The translations under genes and the position numbers were made by a program. A DNA stretch of 64,000 nucleotides from Elusimicrobiota bacterium. GTDB taxonomy: Bacteria > Elusimicrobiota > Elusimicrobia > UBA1565. The notes beneath the pieces were generated by a model, which saw only the letters and a list, made by a program, of their open reading frames with translations, was not told where the DNA came from and searched no databases. The stretch spans positions 4,985 through 68,984 of the forward strand of contig JACRDO010000162.1 of assembly GCA_016212885.1 (NCBI GenBank), in the 5' to 3' direction. Positions 37,445 through 46,563 of the stretch are shown piece after piece (position 1 is the stretch's first letter; each line of letters opens with the position of its first letter).

Positions 37445-37981
37445 ATGAGATTGAAGCACGCAATGATTTTTCTCACCATCATCTTGTCAGCGACTCTGGT
37501 GCTCGACGTTGAGTCTTTCGTGGATTTGACTCGTTTTTCCCATCTCCGGCATCTCTCTCCGGGCTATACACCTTTGATTGACGGGGATTTTTTCAACGGC
37601 CGCAGTGTCTTCTCTGCGTTCACTGACATGCTTTCCCTAATCATCCTTGTCGTAATGATTGTGATGATTCGACGGGCCTATACTGGCCGTTTGAATAGGC
37701 TGCTGCGTGTCGCTGTGCCAATTCCTTTTGCGCTCCTAATTCATTGCTTACTTGATAATCAAATAGATACCTATATTTATGAGCGGAACTTTTCCGGCGT
37801 TCTTGGAATCTTTTCCTGGACTCTGCTGTATGCAATCCCTGGATATTTGATAATAGGCCTGATCCTGTTTCTTTTGATAATGCTTACCTGCTATCCGGCG
37901 GGAATTTTGATGGACAAACTCCTGCTGTACGTGACATGCAGGATGAGCAAACGGTGCGCCGACACCGTTGAGCTGAAATAG
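37445..37981 (+). CDS. Low-GC multi-pass membrane protein (immunity-like position)
   Basis: 178 aa, about 4 hydrophobic segments, 2 nt after the upstream stop, visibly AT-richer than the flanks. Confidence 0.65.
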   Translation: MRLKHAMIFLTIILSATLVLDVESFVDLTRFSHLRHLSPGYTPLIDGDFFNGRSVFSAFTDMLSLIILVVMIVMIRRAYTGRLNRLLRVAVPIPFALLIHCLLDNQIDTYIYERNFSGVLGIFSWTLLYAIPGYLIIGLILFLLIMLTCYPAGILMDKLLLYVTCRMSKRCADTVELK

Positions 37982-38022
37982 CTAAGCCACTCCCCGCTTA
38001 TAATGTTAAAATCTCCTTCAGG

Positions 38023-40227
38023 ATGCCCTCGCGAATCCTTGGCCGCCTCTTCCTTCCCTTCGCCCTTTGCGCCGTTCTGAGCGGCACCGCCGCTCCTGAG
38101 AACGGCACCAGCCGGCAGGTCGATGGCATGTTGGTCAAGCCCGAGACCCCTGTCCAGGAGAAACGGTCCAAGACCCCTGACCCCGCCGACGCGAAGAAGC
38201 AGATATCGGATTACATGGGGAGCCGGAACCCGGCGAAGCTGGATGCGCTGGTCCCGGCTCTGATCGAATGGGCCTCCACGCCGGAAGGGCAGAAGATGAT
38301 CTCCAGCGTCCTCAACGGGATGGCGAAGGAGTGGGCGAAATCCGGGCGGGATGGGAGCCCGAACGAGTTCTTCGCCCGGGAGATGATCAACCGGTCCCCG
38401 GAGGGCGACGCCGGCTACCGCCTCCTGGCCGAGGCCCTGGCGAACCGCGGGGACCCCGAAGGCACCATCGAGGCGGCCAGCAAGGCCATGGAGTACGGCG
38501 GGCCCGACCACAAGCTCTACGTTCTCAGAGGAGTCGCTTCCTCGAAACTCGGCGACTACCAAGCGGCTCACGGCGACGCGGCCGACGCTTTGAGGCTCAA
38601 TCCCAGCGACGCTGCGGCGATGTCCCTCTTCAAGCTGAGCGAGTCGAGGCTCCTTCAAGTCCCCGCGCAGAGCGCGGGCGGCTCCGGCGAGGAGGGCGCA
38701 GGCGGGCGCGGCGCGCCGGCCCCGCAGGGCGGCAACCCCGCGGCCCAGTCCGCGGCCCTGACCAGCGAGGCCGCGGCTGCCCTCAAACTCGGCGATGCCT
38801 GGGCCGCGATCGCCAAGGCGGGGGCCGCCATCAGCCTCAACCCGAACAACGCCCAGGCCTACAACCTGCGCGCCACGGCCGAGACCAAGCTCTCCAAGAA
38901 CATCGCGGCCGTCGAGGATGCCACCAAGGCCCTGGAGCTGGCTCCAGGCGGCCCCGCGGCTCTGACGACCCGCGCCTGGGCCCTGGGCCGCCTGGGCTCT
39001 TTCTCGAAGGCGCTCTCGGACGCGACCCTGGCCGCGCAGGGCAGCCCCGCAGACGGGGCCGCGCATTTTACGCGCGCCTTCGCCCTGAGCGGCCTCGGGC
39101 GCCGCGGCGAGATGCTCGATGAGCTCAAGGCCGCGGCGGAGCTCCAGCCCGCGTTCCAAGGCGTCTACGCCGCGGCGGTCCAGCTCCCGGCCTCCGCGGA
39201 CTCCATGCTGCTCTTCTCCGGGATGGAGCCGGCCAGGGCCGCGGCACTGCAGAGGCCGATCGAGCCCCGGCGGCGCTCCAGCCTGACGATCATCCTGGCC
39301 ACCCTCATCGGCGGCTTCCTCATCGCGCTGGGGCTTCTCCAGAACGCGGCGGGCTTGCGCAGTTGGACCCAAAGGATGCTCAAGCGCGCCTCCCCGGCCG
39401 CCGCGCCGGAGGCCGGGGGCGCCGGCGCGTTTTGGAGGCGCTTCGCACAGGTCAGGGAGATCGGAGAGGGAGGCATGGGCGTCGTCTATGAGGCCGTGGA
39501 CGTGGGCCTGAAGCGGAAGGTGGCGGTCAAGAAGATGCGCGAGGGGATACGTTCCAGCGAGCGCGAGCGGGCGAGGTTCCTCGAGGAGGCCCGCATCGTG
39601 GCCTCTCTCAAGCACCCCGGCATCGTGGAGATCCACTCCATCGAGGAGGAGGGCCTGGACGTCTATCTCGTCTTCGAGTTCGTCGAGGGGTCCACGCTGG
39701 AGCAGCTGGTCCGCGAGCGCGGGACCCTGAAGTTTGCCGAAGCGCGCCGGATCTTCCAGGGCGTCTGCGAGGCGCTCGATGCGGCGCACGAGCGGGGCGT
39801 CATCCATCGGGACCTCAAGCCGGCGAACATCCTCATCACCCCGCAGGGCCTGCCGAAGGTGATGGACTTCGGCTTGGCGCGCTCCATGGAGGCCGCTGTC
39901 CGGATGACGACGAACACGATCTGGGGCTCGCCGTCCTACATGGCGCCCGAGCAGGAGGAGGGCGAGGCCTGCGTCCAATCGGATATCTACTCGCTCGGGA
40001 TCTGCCTCTACGAGGCTCTGAGCGGGCAGCTGCCGTTCACGGGCTCTCCCGCGAAGGCGTTCCTCAACAAGAAGGAGGGGAGATTCACCGCGCCTAGCCG
40101 GGCCCTTGCGGGCCTGCCTCCGGACTTAGACCGGCTCATCGGGAAGGCTCTCGAGCCCATGCCTGAGCGGCGTTTCCCGTCCGCCCGGGCTTTCTCCGAG
40201 GCATTGGATCAGCTCGTTCCGTCATAG
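38023..40227 (+). CDS. TPR-containing transmembrane Hanks-type Ser/Thr kinase
   Basis: Signal peptide, TPR repeats, TM, then GEGGMGVVY, VAVK, HRDLKPANI, DFG, YMAPE, SDIYSLG. Confidence 0.92.
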   Translation: MPSRILGRLFLPFALCAVLSGTAAPENGTSRQVDGMLVKPETPVQEKRSKTPDPADAKKQISDYMGSRNPAKLDALVPALIEWASTPEGQKMISSVLNGMAKEWAKSGRDGSPNEFFAREMINRSPEGDAGYRLLAEALANRGDPEGTIEAASKAMEYGGPDHKLYVLRGVASSKLGDYQAAHGDAADALRLNPSDAAAMSLFKLSESRLLQVPAQSAGGSGEEGAGGRGAPAPQGGNPAAQSAALTSEAAAALKLGDAWAAIAKAGAAISLNPNNAQAYNLRATAETKLSKNIAAVEDATKALELAPGGPAALTTRAWALGRLGSFSKALSDATLAAQGSPADGAAHFTRAFALSGLGRRGEMLDELKAAAELQPAFQGVYAAAVQLPASADSMLLFSGMEPARAAALQRPIEPRRRSSLTIILATLIGGFLIALGLLQNAAGLRSWTQRMLKRASPAAAPEAGGAGAFWRRFAQVREIGEGGMGVVYEAVDVGLKRKVAVKKMREGIRSSERERARFLEEARIVASLKHPGIVEIHSIEEEGLDVYLVFEFVEGSTLEQLVRERGTLKFAEARRIFQGVCEALDAAHERGVIHRDLKPANILITPQGLPKVMDFGLARSMEAAVRMTTNTIWGSPSYMAPEQEEGEACVQSDIYSLGICLYEALSGQLPFTGSPAKAFLNKKEGRFTAPSRALAGLPPDLDRLIGKALEPMPERRFPSARAFSEALDQLVPS

Positions 40228-40269
40228 GTAGGAATGCCTTAATATTTCTTATACTTGTCATCCATACCT

Positions 40270-41934
40270 ATGGCTTGGGACAAGATCCTTTGCTTCGTCG
40301 GCGGAGGCCTCGGGCTGTTCATGTACGGGATGGCCTTGGCCAGCGAGGCGTTTCAGAAAGTCGCGGGAAGGCGCCTGCGCATCCTTCTGGAGCTCCTCAC
40401 CGCCAACCGCTTCCTGGGGGTTGGGGCGGGGATCTTCGTGACGGTATGCACCCAGTCCAGCAGCGCGACCACGGTGCTCCTGGTGAGTCTCGCCAACTCC
40501 GGGCTCATCGTGCTCTCGCAGAGCCTCGGCGTCATCCTGGGGGCGGACATCGGCACCACGGTGACGATCCAGATCATCGCCTTCAAGGTCATGGACTACG
40601 GCCTGCTTATGGTCGCCCTGGGGGCCGCCCTCCAGCTGATGAGCCGCTACGAGAGGCCGAAGAACCTCGGCCAGGTGCTGATGGGCTTCGGGTTCCTCTT
40701 CTACGGCATCTCGCTGATGCAGGAGGGGATGGCGCCCCTGCAGCAGAGCGTCTGGTTCAAGGAGCAGCTGCTCCTGTTCGGGGCGCATCCCATGAGGGCC
40801 CTCCTCGTTTCGGCGCTGTTCACCGCCCTGGTCCACTCGAGCGCGGCCACGATCGCCGTGGCCCTGGCCTTGGCTTCCCAGGGGCTGCTCGGGTCCACTC
40901 CGGAGAGCAGCCTGACCGCCTCGGTCCCCATCATCCTGGGCGCGAACATCGGCACCTGCGCCACGGCCCTGCTCTCCAGCGTCGGCACGAACACCGAGGC
41001 CCGGCGCATCGCCCTCGCACATCTGCTGTTCAAAGTGGCGGGCGCGGCCGTCTTCTTCCCGCTGATCGGCCCGTTCTCGAGGCTCATCTTCCAGGCTTCG
41101 ACCGCCCTGACGCCGGATGTCGGGCCCGCGAGGCTTCTGGCCAACGCGCACACGGTTTTCAACCTGGCGATCACGGTCCTTTTCATCGGCTTCACCGGGG
41201 CCTTCGCCCGCATGATCGCGAGGCTCGTTCCGCATCGGGCGGACAAGGACCTCCAGCGCCTGGGCCTGCTGCCGCTCGCCATCGCCGAATCGGCCGAGCC
41301 GGCCCTGCGCTCGGCCGAGACCGCGCTGGAGCGGATGGCCTCCTTCATGCTGGAGATGTTCAAGGACTCCGCGCGCGTCCTGAAGAAGTACGACGCGCGT
41401 CTGCTCGAGGACGTGCGGCGCAAGGACGAAAAGCTGGACTTCATGCAGCGCCGCATCTCGGAGTACCTCGTCGCCCTCATGCGCCGCGAGGACCTCGGCG
41501 AGAAGGGCGAGCGCAGGTGCAGGATGCTTTTCATCGCGGCCAGCAACCTGGAGAAGATCGGCAATCTCATCAGCCGCAGCCTCATGGACGCCGCGTACGT
41601 GAAGCTGGCCAAGGACATCGAGTTCTCCATCGAGGGGCACAAGGAGTTCGAGGAGATGCTGTCCATGCAGGAAGCCCTGCTCGCGGAGCTGCTTGAGGCC
41701 CTCGGCCTCGACCCCGCCCGGGCCGAGAACGTGCGCTCGCTCCGGAAGAAGATCCTGGCCCAGAAGCTGGCCTTGGAGAGCGCGCACATCCGGAGGCTGC
41801 GCAAAGGCCTGCGCGACTCAAGCGAGAGCAGCTGGTGCTTCCTGGAAATGATCAACATCCTCGATTCGATCAGCTACCGGGCGATGTCCGTTGTCCACGC
41901 GGTGCAAGGGACGGACTTGGCGGAGAATTATTAG
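40270..41934 (+). CDS. Na/Pi cotransporter family protein with PhoU-like C-terminus
   Basis: QSSSATT, GADIGTT, HSSAAT, GANIGT, ANAHT.FN. Confidence 0.92.
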   Translation: MAWDKILCFVGGGLGLFMYGMALASEAFQKVAGRRLRILLELLTANRFLGVGAGIFVTVCTQSSSATTVLLVSLANSGLIVLSQSLGVILGADIGTTVTIQIIAFKVMDYGLLMVALGAALQLMSRYERPKNLGQVLMGFGFLFYGISLMQEGMAPLQQSVWFKEQLLLFGAHPMRALLVSALFTALVHSSAATIAVALALASQGLLGSTPESSLTASVPIILGANIGTCATALLSSVGTNTEARRIALAHLLFKVAGAAVFFPLIGPFSRLIFQASTALTPDVGPARLLANAHTVFNLAITVLFIGFTGAFARMIARLVPHRADKDLQRLGLLPLAIAESAEPALRSAETALERMASFMLEMFKDSARVLKKYDARLLEDVRRKDEKLDFMQRRISEYLVALMRREDLGEKGERRCRMLFIAASNLEKIGNLISRSLMDAAYVKLAKDIEFSIEGHKEFEEMLSMQEALLAELLEALGLDPARAENVRSLRKKILAQKLALESAHIRRLRKGLRDSSESSWCFLEMINILDSISYRAMSVVHAVQGTDLAENY

Positions 41935-42000
41935 CTCTACTGTGCCGCACCGGCAAATTCCGGTGAGAAAGCGACACGGTAGAGTTAGGAGGCAAAACAC

Positions 42001-42660
42001 GTGACCAGATCCTTCGGGGGGATGTTCGGACGCTCGATGTTCACGCCGATCCTGGAGCACATGATCAAGGCGCTCGACTGCATGGAGGCCTTGCGCGAGC
42101 TCATCGGCCGCTTCGTGGAGAAGGATTACGACGCCTTGAAGAACCTCTCCCAGCGCATCGCGAAGCTCGAGCACGACGCGGACATCATCAAGGAGGAGTT
42201 CCGCGACGGCTTCTCCAAGAGCCTCCTCATGGCGGTCAACCGCTCCGACATGCTGACCCTCATCAAGGCCCAGGACGGGATCAGCGACGAGTGCGAGGAC
42301 ATCGCGAAGCTCGCGTCCATCCGCGAGACCGCCTTCACCGAGGAGCTCAAGGCCATATTCGTCGAGCTGACCTCCAAGGTTTACGAGTCGGTCAAGTCGC
42401 TCAAGGACCTGGAGGAGTTCATCGAGACCTCCTCCGGCGGGGACCCCGAGAAAATCGAGGAGATGATCAAGATCGTGCAGGTCAAGGAGTGGGAATCCGA
42501 TCAGCTCCAGCTCAAATTCATGAAGACCCTCTTCTCGCAGGAGAAGCAGATCGACACGGTCTCGCTCTTCATTTTGAGGGACCTGTGCAACATGGTCGGG
42601 AAGATCGCCAACCACGCCGAGAACGTCGGCGACTGCCTGCGCCGCATCGTAGCCCGCTGA
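42001..42660 (+). CDS. DUF47 / TIGR00153 phosphate transport regulator
   Basis: LEHDADIIK, QD.I.D, E.ESD, IANHAEN.GD. Confidence 0.9.
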   Translation: MTRSFGGMFGRSMFTPILEHMIKALDCMEALRELIGRFVEKDYDALKNLSQRIAKLEHDADIIKEEFRDGFSKSLLMAVNRSDMLTLIKAQDGISDECEDIAKLASIRETAFTEELKAIFVELTSKVYESVKSLKDLEEFIETSSGGDPEKIEEMIKIVQVKEWESDQLQLKFMKTLFSQEKQIDTVSLFILRDLCNMVGKIANHAENVGDCLRRIVAR

Positions 42661-42680
42661 TGCGTTTTTTCAGGAAGCCC

Positions 42681-42704
42681 GCAGGCGGGGATTCAACCTC
42701 GCCT
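42681..42704. terminator. GC-rich hairpin after the DUF47 gene
   Basis: CAGGCGGGG-ATTCAA-CCTCGCCTG; no strong U-tract on the + strand. Confidence 0.4.
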
Positions 42705-42736
42705 GGAAGTTCCGGTTGTTCTGTGAGGGCGCATAG

Positions 42737-42766
42737 TTGACAGACAACAATTAGGAGGTCTAGTAT
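42737..42766 (+). promoter_or_regulatory. Sigma-70-type promoter for glgC
   Basis: TTGACA-N18-TAGTAT. Confidence 0.55.
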
Positions 42767-42823
42767 ATGGTCGCGGAGGAACGAGCGCGCTTTTTCAGGG
42801 CTTAGCATGAAAAGTAAGGGGGA

Positions 42824-44086
42824 TTGGCAGTGGAAAGAGTGGTAACCGTAATAATGGCGGGGGGAGCAGGGGATAGACTGCAGCCCTTGACTAAAGGACG
42901 TTCTAAGGCCGCCGTTCCCTTTGGCGGCAAGTTCCGGCTCATCGACTTCACGCTGAGTAATTGCGTCAATTCCGGCATTCGCAAGATTTTTGTGCTTACC
43001 CAGTACAGGTCAGGCTCGCTCAACATACATATCCAAGAAGGCTGGAGCATCTCAAGTTCCAGGTTAGGCGAATTTATATATTCCATACCCGCCCAGCAGA
43101 AACTCGGCGCCGATTGGTACCGCGGTACGGCCGATGCCGTACGGCAGAACCTTGACCTACTCGGGAGAGCGGATATCAAGGATGTTTTAATCCTGTCCGG
43201 AGACCACGTCTACAAGATGAACTACCTCCAATTGCTGGCCTATCATCGGGCGAAGAACGCTGGGTTGACGATATCGGCCGTCAGGGTGAGGATGGAGCAG
43301 GCTGCCAATAGGCTTGGGGTGCTGGAAGCGGACCAAGACTATAGGATGGTCGGCTTTGAGGAAAAACCGGCGCAGCCGAAGACGATTCCGAATGCCCCGG
43401 AGTATGCTTTCGCTTCAATTGGCGTCTATATGTTTAGATTGGATGTCTTGATGGAAGCATTGCGAGAGGAGGGACAAGACTTCGGTAAAGACATTATTCC
43501 CGGGATGATGGGAAAAGGCTCAGGCATCTTCGTTTATGACTACGAGAAAGAGAACAAGATAGAGGATTTCATGGTCGAGGTAAAAGAGGGCACAAGAAGC
43601 AAGGTTCTACTTGATAGAACCGGTGATTCCTCCTATTGGAGAGATGTCGGCACGATCGATTCATATTACGAAGCGAGCATGGACCTTGTGGGTGTAGCTC
43701 CACTGTTTAATCTCTATGGAGAGAAGTGGCTCTTAAGGACGTATCAGAGGACACTTCCGCCGAGCAAGTGCGTCCTCGGAGGGGGGATATCGGAGTCTAT
43801 TGTGTGCGACGGCTGTATCATCAGCGGCGGGAGGGTGTGGCGCTCGATATTGTCTCCAGGTGTGGTTGTCGAGAGAGGGGCTTCGGTTGATGAATCGATC
43901 GTATTTGATGATGTTATCATAGAGCCAGGCGCCAGAATAAGGCGAGCTATCATCGATAAAGAAGTCAGGATCCGCGCCGGTGTTTCTATTGGCTACGACT
44001 TGGAGGCGGATAGGAGAAGGAACTATGCGGTTTCAGATTCAGGCATAGTAATTCTCCCTAAGGGGATGGACGTCAGGCCCCTGTGA
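42824..44086 (+). CDS. glgC: Glucose-1-phosphate adenylyltransferase
   Basis: AGGAGDRL.PLT..RSKAAVPFGG, WYRGTADAV.QN, SGDH.YKM, FEEKP, YWRDVGT. Confidence 0.96.
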   Translation: MAVERVVTVIMAGGAGDRLQPLTKGRSKAAVPFGGKFRLIDFTLSNCVNSGIRKIFVLTQYRSGSLNIHIQEGWSISSSRLGEFIYSIPAQQKLGADWYRGTADAVRQNLDLLGRADIKDVLILSGDHVYKMNYLQLLAYHRAKNAGLTISAVRVRMEQAANRLGVLEADQDYRMVGFEEKPAQPKTIPNAPEYAFASIGVYMFRLDVLMEALREEGQDFGKDIIPGMMGKGSGIFVYDYEKENKIEDFMVEVKEGTRSKVLLDRTGDSSYWRDVGTIDSYYEASMDLVGVAPLFNLYGEKWLLRTYQRTLPPSKCVLGGGISESIVCDGCIISGGRVWRSILSPGVVVERGASVDESIVFDDVIIEPGARIRRAIIDKEVRIRAGVSIGYDLEADRRRNYAVSDSGIVILPKGMDVRPL

Positions 44087-44091
44087 TTCAT

Positions 44092-46563
44092 CTACCGCGT
44101 CGGTACGCCCCAGATGTCGCGGGCGTACTCGCGGATGGTGCGGTCGCTCGAGAACCGGCCGGATTTGGCCACGTTGACGATGGAGGAATTAGTCCAAGCG
44201 GTCTGATCCTTGTAGCGCTTTTCCGCCTCATCCTGGGCCCGGACGTAATCCTCGAAATCCGCAAGGATCATGAACGGGTCGCTGTGGGTCACCGCGTCGA
44301 GGATCGGGGTGAAGATCCCCGGCTCCACATGGGAAAAGAAGTCCAGCCTGATCAGCCGGAAGACCTCCTGAAGCGCCGGGGATTTGCCCAGGTACTCCTC
44401 GGGCCGGTAGCCCTTCCCTTTGAACTCCGCCACCTCGTGGGCCTTGAGGCCGAAAATGAAGATGTGTTCGGGCCCGACCTCTTCTGCGATCTCGATGTTC
44501 GCCCCGTCCCAGGTTCCGAGCGTCAGGGCTCCGTTCATCATGAACTTCATGTTCCCGGTGCCGGAAGCCTCGGTGCCGGCGGTGGAAATCTGCTCCGAGA
44601 TGTCGGCCGCGGGAATGACCCGCTGCGCCAGCGTTACCCTGTAATCCTCCAGAAACACCACCTTCAGGCGGCCGCGCAGGCTCTTGTCGCCGTTGATCAC
44701 TCCGGCGATTGAGTTGATGAACTTGATGATGAGCTTGGCCATGGCGTAGCCGGGCGCGGACTTTCCGCCGAAGAAGGCCGTGCGGGAGACGTAATCGCCG
44801 TTCGGGTCGCGCTTCAAGCGCAGGTAATGGTGGATGAGGAATAGGGCGAAGAGCGCCTGCCGCTTGTACTCGTGGATCCTCTTGACCTGCATGTCGAAGA
44901 TGGACTCGGGGTCCACGGCGATTCCAGTCGTCTTCTTGACGTGGGCGGCGAAGATCTTCTTGTTCTCATGCTTGACCGCCTGCCAATCCTTCCGGAAGGA
45001 GGCATCCTCCCTGAGCGGCAGCAGCTTCTTGAGCTCCCCGAGATTCGTGGTCCATGAGTCGCCGATCGCGCGGGTGATGAGTCCGGCGAGGAGGGGGTTT
45101 GCGTCTAAAAACCAGCGCCTCGGGGTGACGCCGTTCGTCTTGTTGTTGAAGCGCTCGGGGAACATCCCGTAGAAGTCCGCAAACAGCGTCTTCTTCAGCA
45201 GGCTCGAGTGCAGCTCCGAGACGCCGTTGACGGAGTGGCTGCCGATGATGCTCAGGTGAGCCATGCGGACCCGCTTTACATCCCCCTCCACAATGAGCGA
45301 CATCCGGCGCAGCCGGTCCACGTCGGCGATCCAGTGGTTGGCCACATCCCGCATGAAGCGGGCGTTGATCTCGTAGATGATCTCGAGGTGCCGGGGAAGG
45401 AGCTTCCCCAAGAGCGGTGCCGGCCAGGTCTCCAAGGCTTCGGGCATCAAGGTGTGGTTCGTGTAGGCGAAGGTGTTCACCGTGATGTCAAAGGCGCTGT
45501 CCCAGTCGAGGCGCTCCTCATCGAGCAGGATCCTCATCAGCTCGACGATGGCGAGGGATGGGTGGGTGTCGTTGAGCTGGATGGCGACCTTGTTCGGAAA
45601 ATCGCGGATGTCCGGGTTGTGCGCCTTAAAGCGCCGGATGATGTCCGCGAGCGAGGCCGCGCTGAAGAAATACTCCTGCTTGAGCCTCAGCTCCATTCCC
45701 GCGGAGAATTGATCGTTCGGGTAGAGCACCTTCGAGATGTTCTCCGAGGAGATCTTCTTGTCGTAGGCCTTCACGTAGTCGCCGTGGTTGAAGTAGTCGA
45801 GCTCGAACTCCTCGGTTCCTTTCGACGACCACAGGCGCAGGTAGTTGACCACGTCGTTCTTGTAGCCGGGGACCGGGATGTCGTAAGGCATCGCCAGCAC
45901 GTCCTCGGTGTCCGTCCATACCACGCGCAGGCGGCCGCCTTTTTCGAAGAATTGCCGCGTGCGGCCGTAGAAGCGCACGCGTATCGTATACTCGGGCCGC
46001 CCGATGGCCCAGGGGGTGCCCAGTTGCAGCCATTTGTCGGGCAGCTCCACCTGCCAGCCGTTTAAGATCTTCTGGCGGAAGATGCCGTACTCGTACATGA
46101 TGCCGTAGCCGTTGGCCGGCACCCCGAGGGTGGCCATCGAGTCCATGAAGCACGCGGCCAACCGCCCCAGGCCGCCGTTGCCCAAGCCCGCGTCCGGCTC
46201 CTGGTCGCAGACTTCGTCCAAGTCCAGCCCGTAGGCCCTCAGGGCCTGGCGCATCTCACCAGCGATGCCGAGGTTCAGGATGCCGTGCATCAAGAGCCGT
46301 CCGATGAGGAACTCCATGGAGAGGTAGTAGACCCTCTTGAGGTTCTGCTTGTGGTAGCGCTGCTGGGTCTTGATCCAGCGCTCGATCATCCTGTCCCGGA
46401 TGATGAAGGACGCGGTCATGAAGTCGTCGTAGCGCGTCGCCGTGTACTCGTCTTTCGCGATGGAGAACGTCCGGCGGTCCTGGAAGGACTGCTTGAGGTC
46501 ATCGACGCACATTCCGTTGCGGCTCTCCTTGGGGGGAGGAAGGACGTCGCTCTTTTCGCTCAT
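44092..46563 (-). CDS. glgP: Glycogen/alpha-glucan phosphorylase
   Basis: GLGNGGLGRLAACF, LRLKQEYF, QLNDTHP, KRIHEYKRQ, EASGTGNMKF. Confidence 0.97.
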   Translation of the reverse strand: MSEKSDVLPPPKESRNGMCVDDLKQSFQDRRTFSIAKDEYTATRYDDFMTASFIIRDRMIERWIKTQQRYHKQNLKRVYYLSMEFLIGRLLMHGILNLGIAGEMRQALRAYGLDLDEVCDQEPDAGLGNGGLGRLAACFMDSMATLGVPANGYGIMYEYGIFRQKILNGWQVELPDKWLQLGTPWAIGRPEYTIRVRFYGRTRQFFEKGGRLRVVWTDTEDVLAMPYDIPVPGYKNDVVNYLRLWSSKGTEEFELDYFNHGDYVKAYDKKISSENISKVLYPNDQFSAGMELRLKQEYFFSAASLADIIRRFKAHNPDIRDFPNKVAIQLNDTHPSLAIVELMRILLDEERLDWDSAFDITVNTFAYTNHTLMPEALETWPAPLLGKLLPRHLEIIYEINARFMRDVANHWIADVDRLRRMSLIVEGDVKRVRMAHLSIIGSHSVNGVSELHSSLLKKTLFADFYGMFPERFNNKTNGVTPRRWFLDANPLLAGLITRAIGDSWTTNLGELKKLLPLREDASFRKDWQAVKHENKKIFAAHVKKTTGIAVDPESIFDMQVKRIHEYKRQALFALFLIHHYLRLKRDPNGDYVSRTAFFGGKSAPGYAMAKLIIKFINSIAGVINGDKSLRGRLKVVFLEDYRVTLAQRVIPAADISEQISTAGTEASGTGNMKFMMNGALTLGTWDGANIEIAEEVGPEHIFIFGLKAHEVAEFKGKGYRPEEYLGKSPALQEVFRLIRLDFFSHVEPGIFTPILDAVTHSDPFMILADFEDYVRAQDEAEKRYKDQTAWTNSSIVNVAKSGRFSSDRTIREYARDIWGVPTR

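Noticed and set aside
37891..39978. 695-aa antisense ORF (and similar long antisense ORFs at 4181-5719, 10442-12283, 40258-41787, 59835-60737)
   Set aside because: Shadow ORFs opposite well-supported genes, expected in high-GC DNA with few stop codons.
42753..42805. 12-aa uORF (MVAEERARFFRA) with AGGAGG before glgC
   Set aside because: The RBS lies inside the predicted promoter spacer and would not be on that transcript; no attenuator features.
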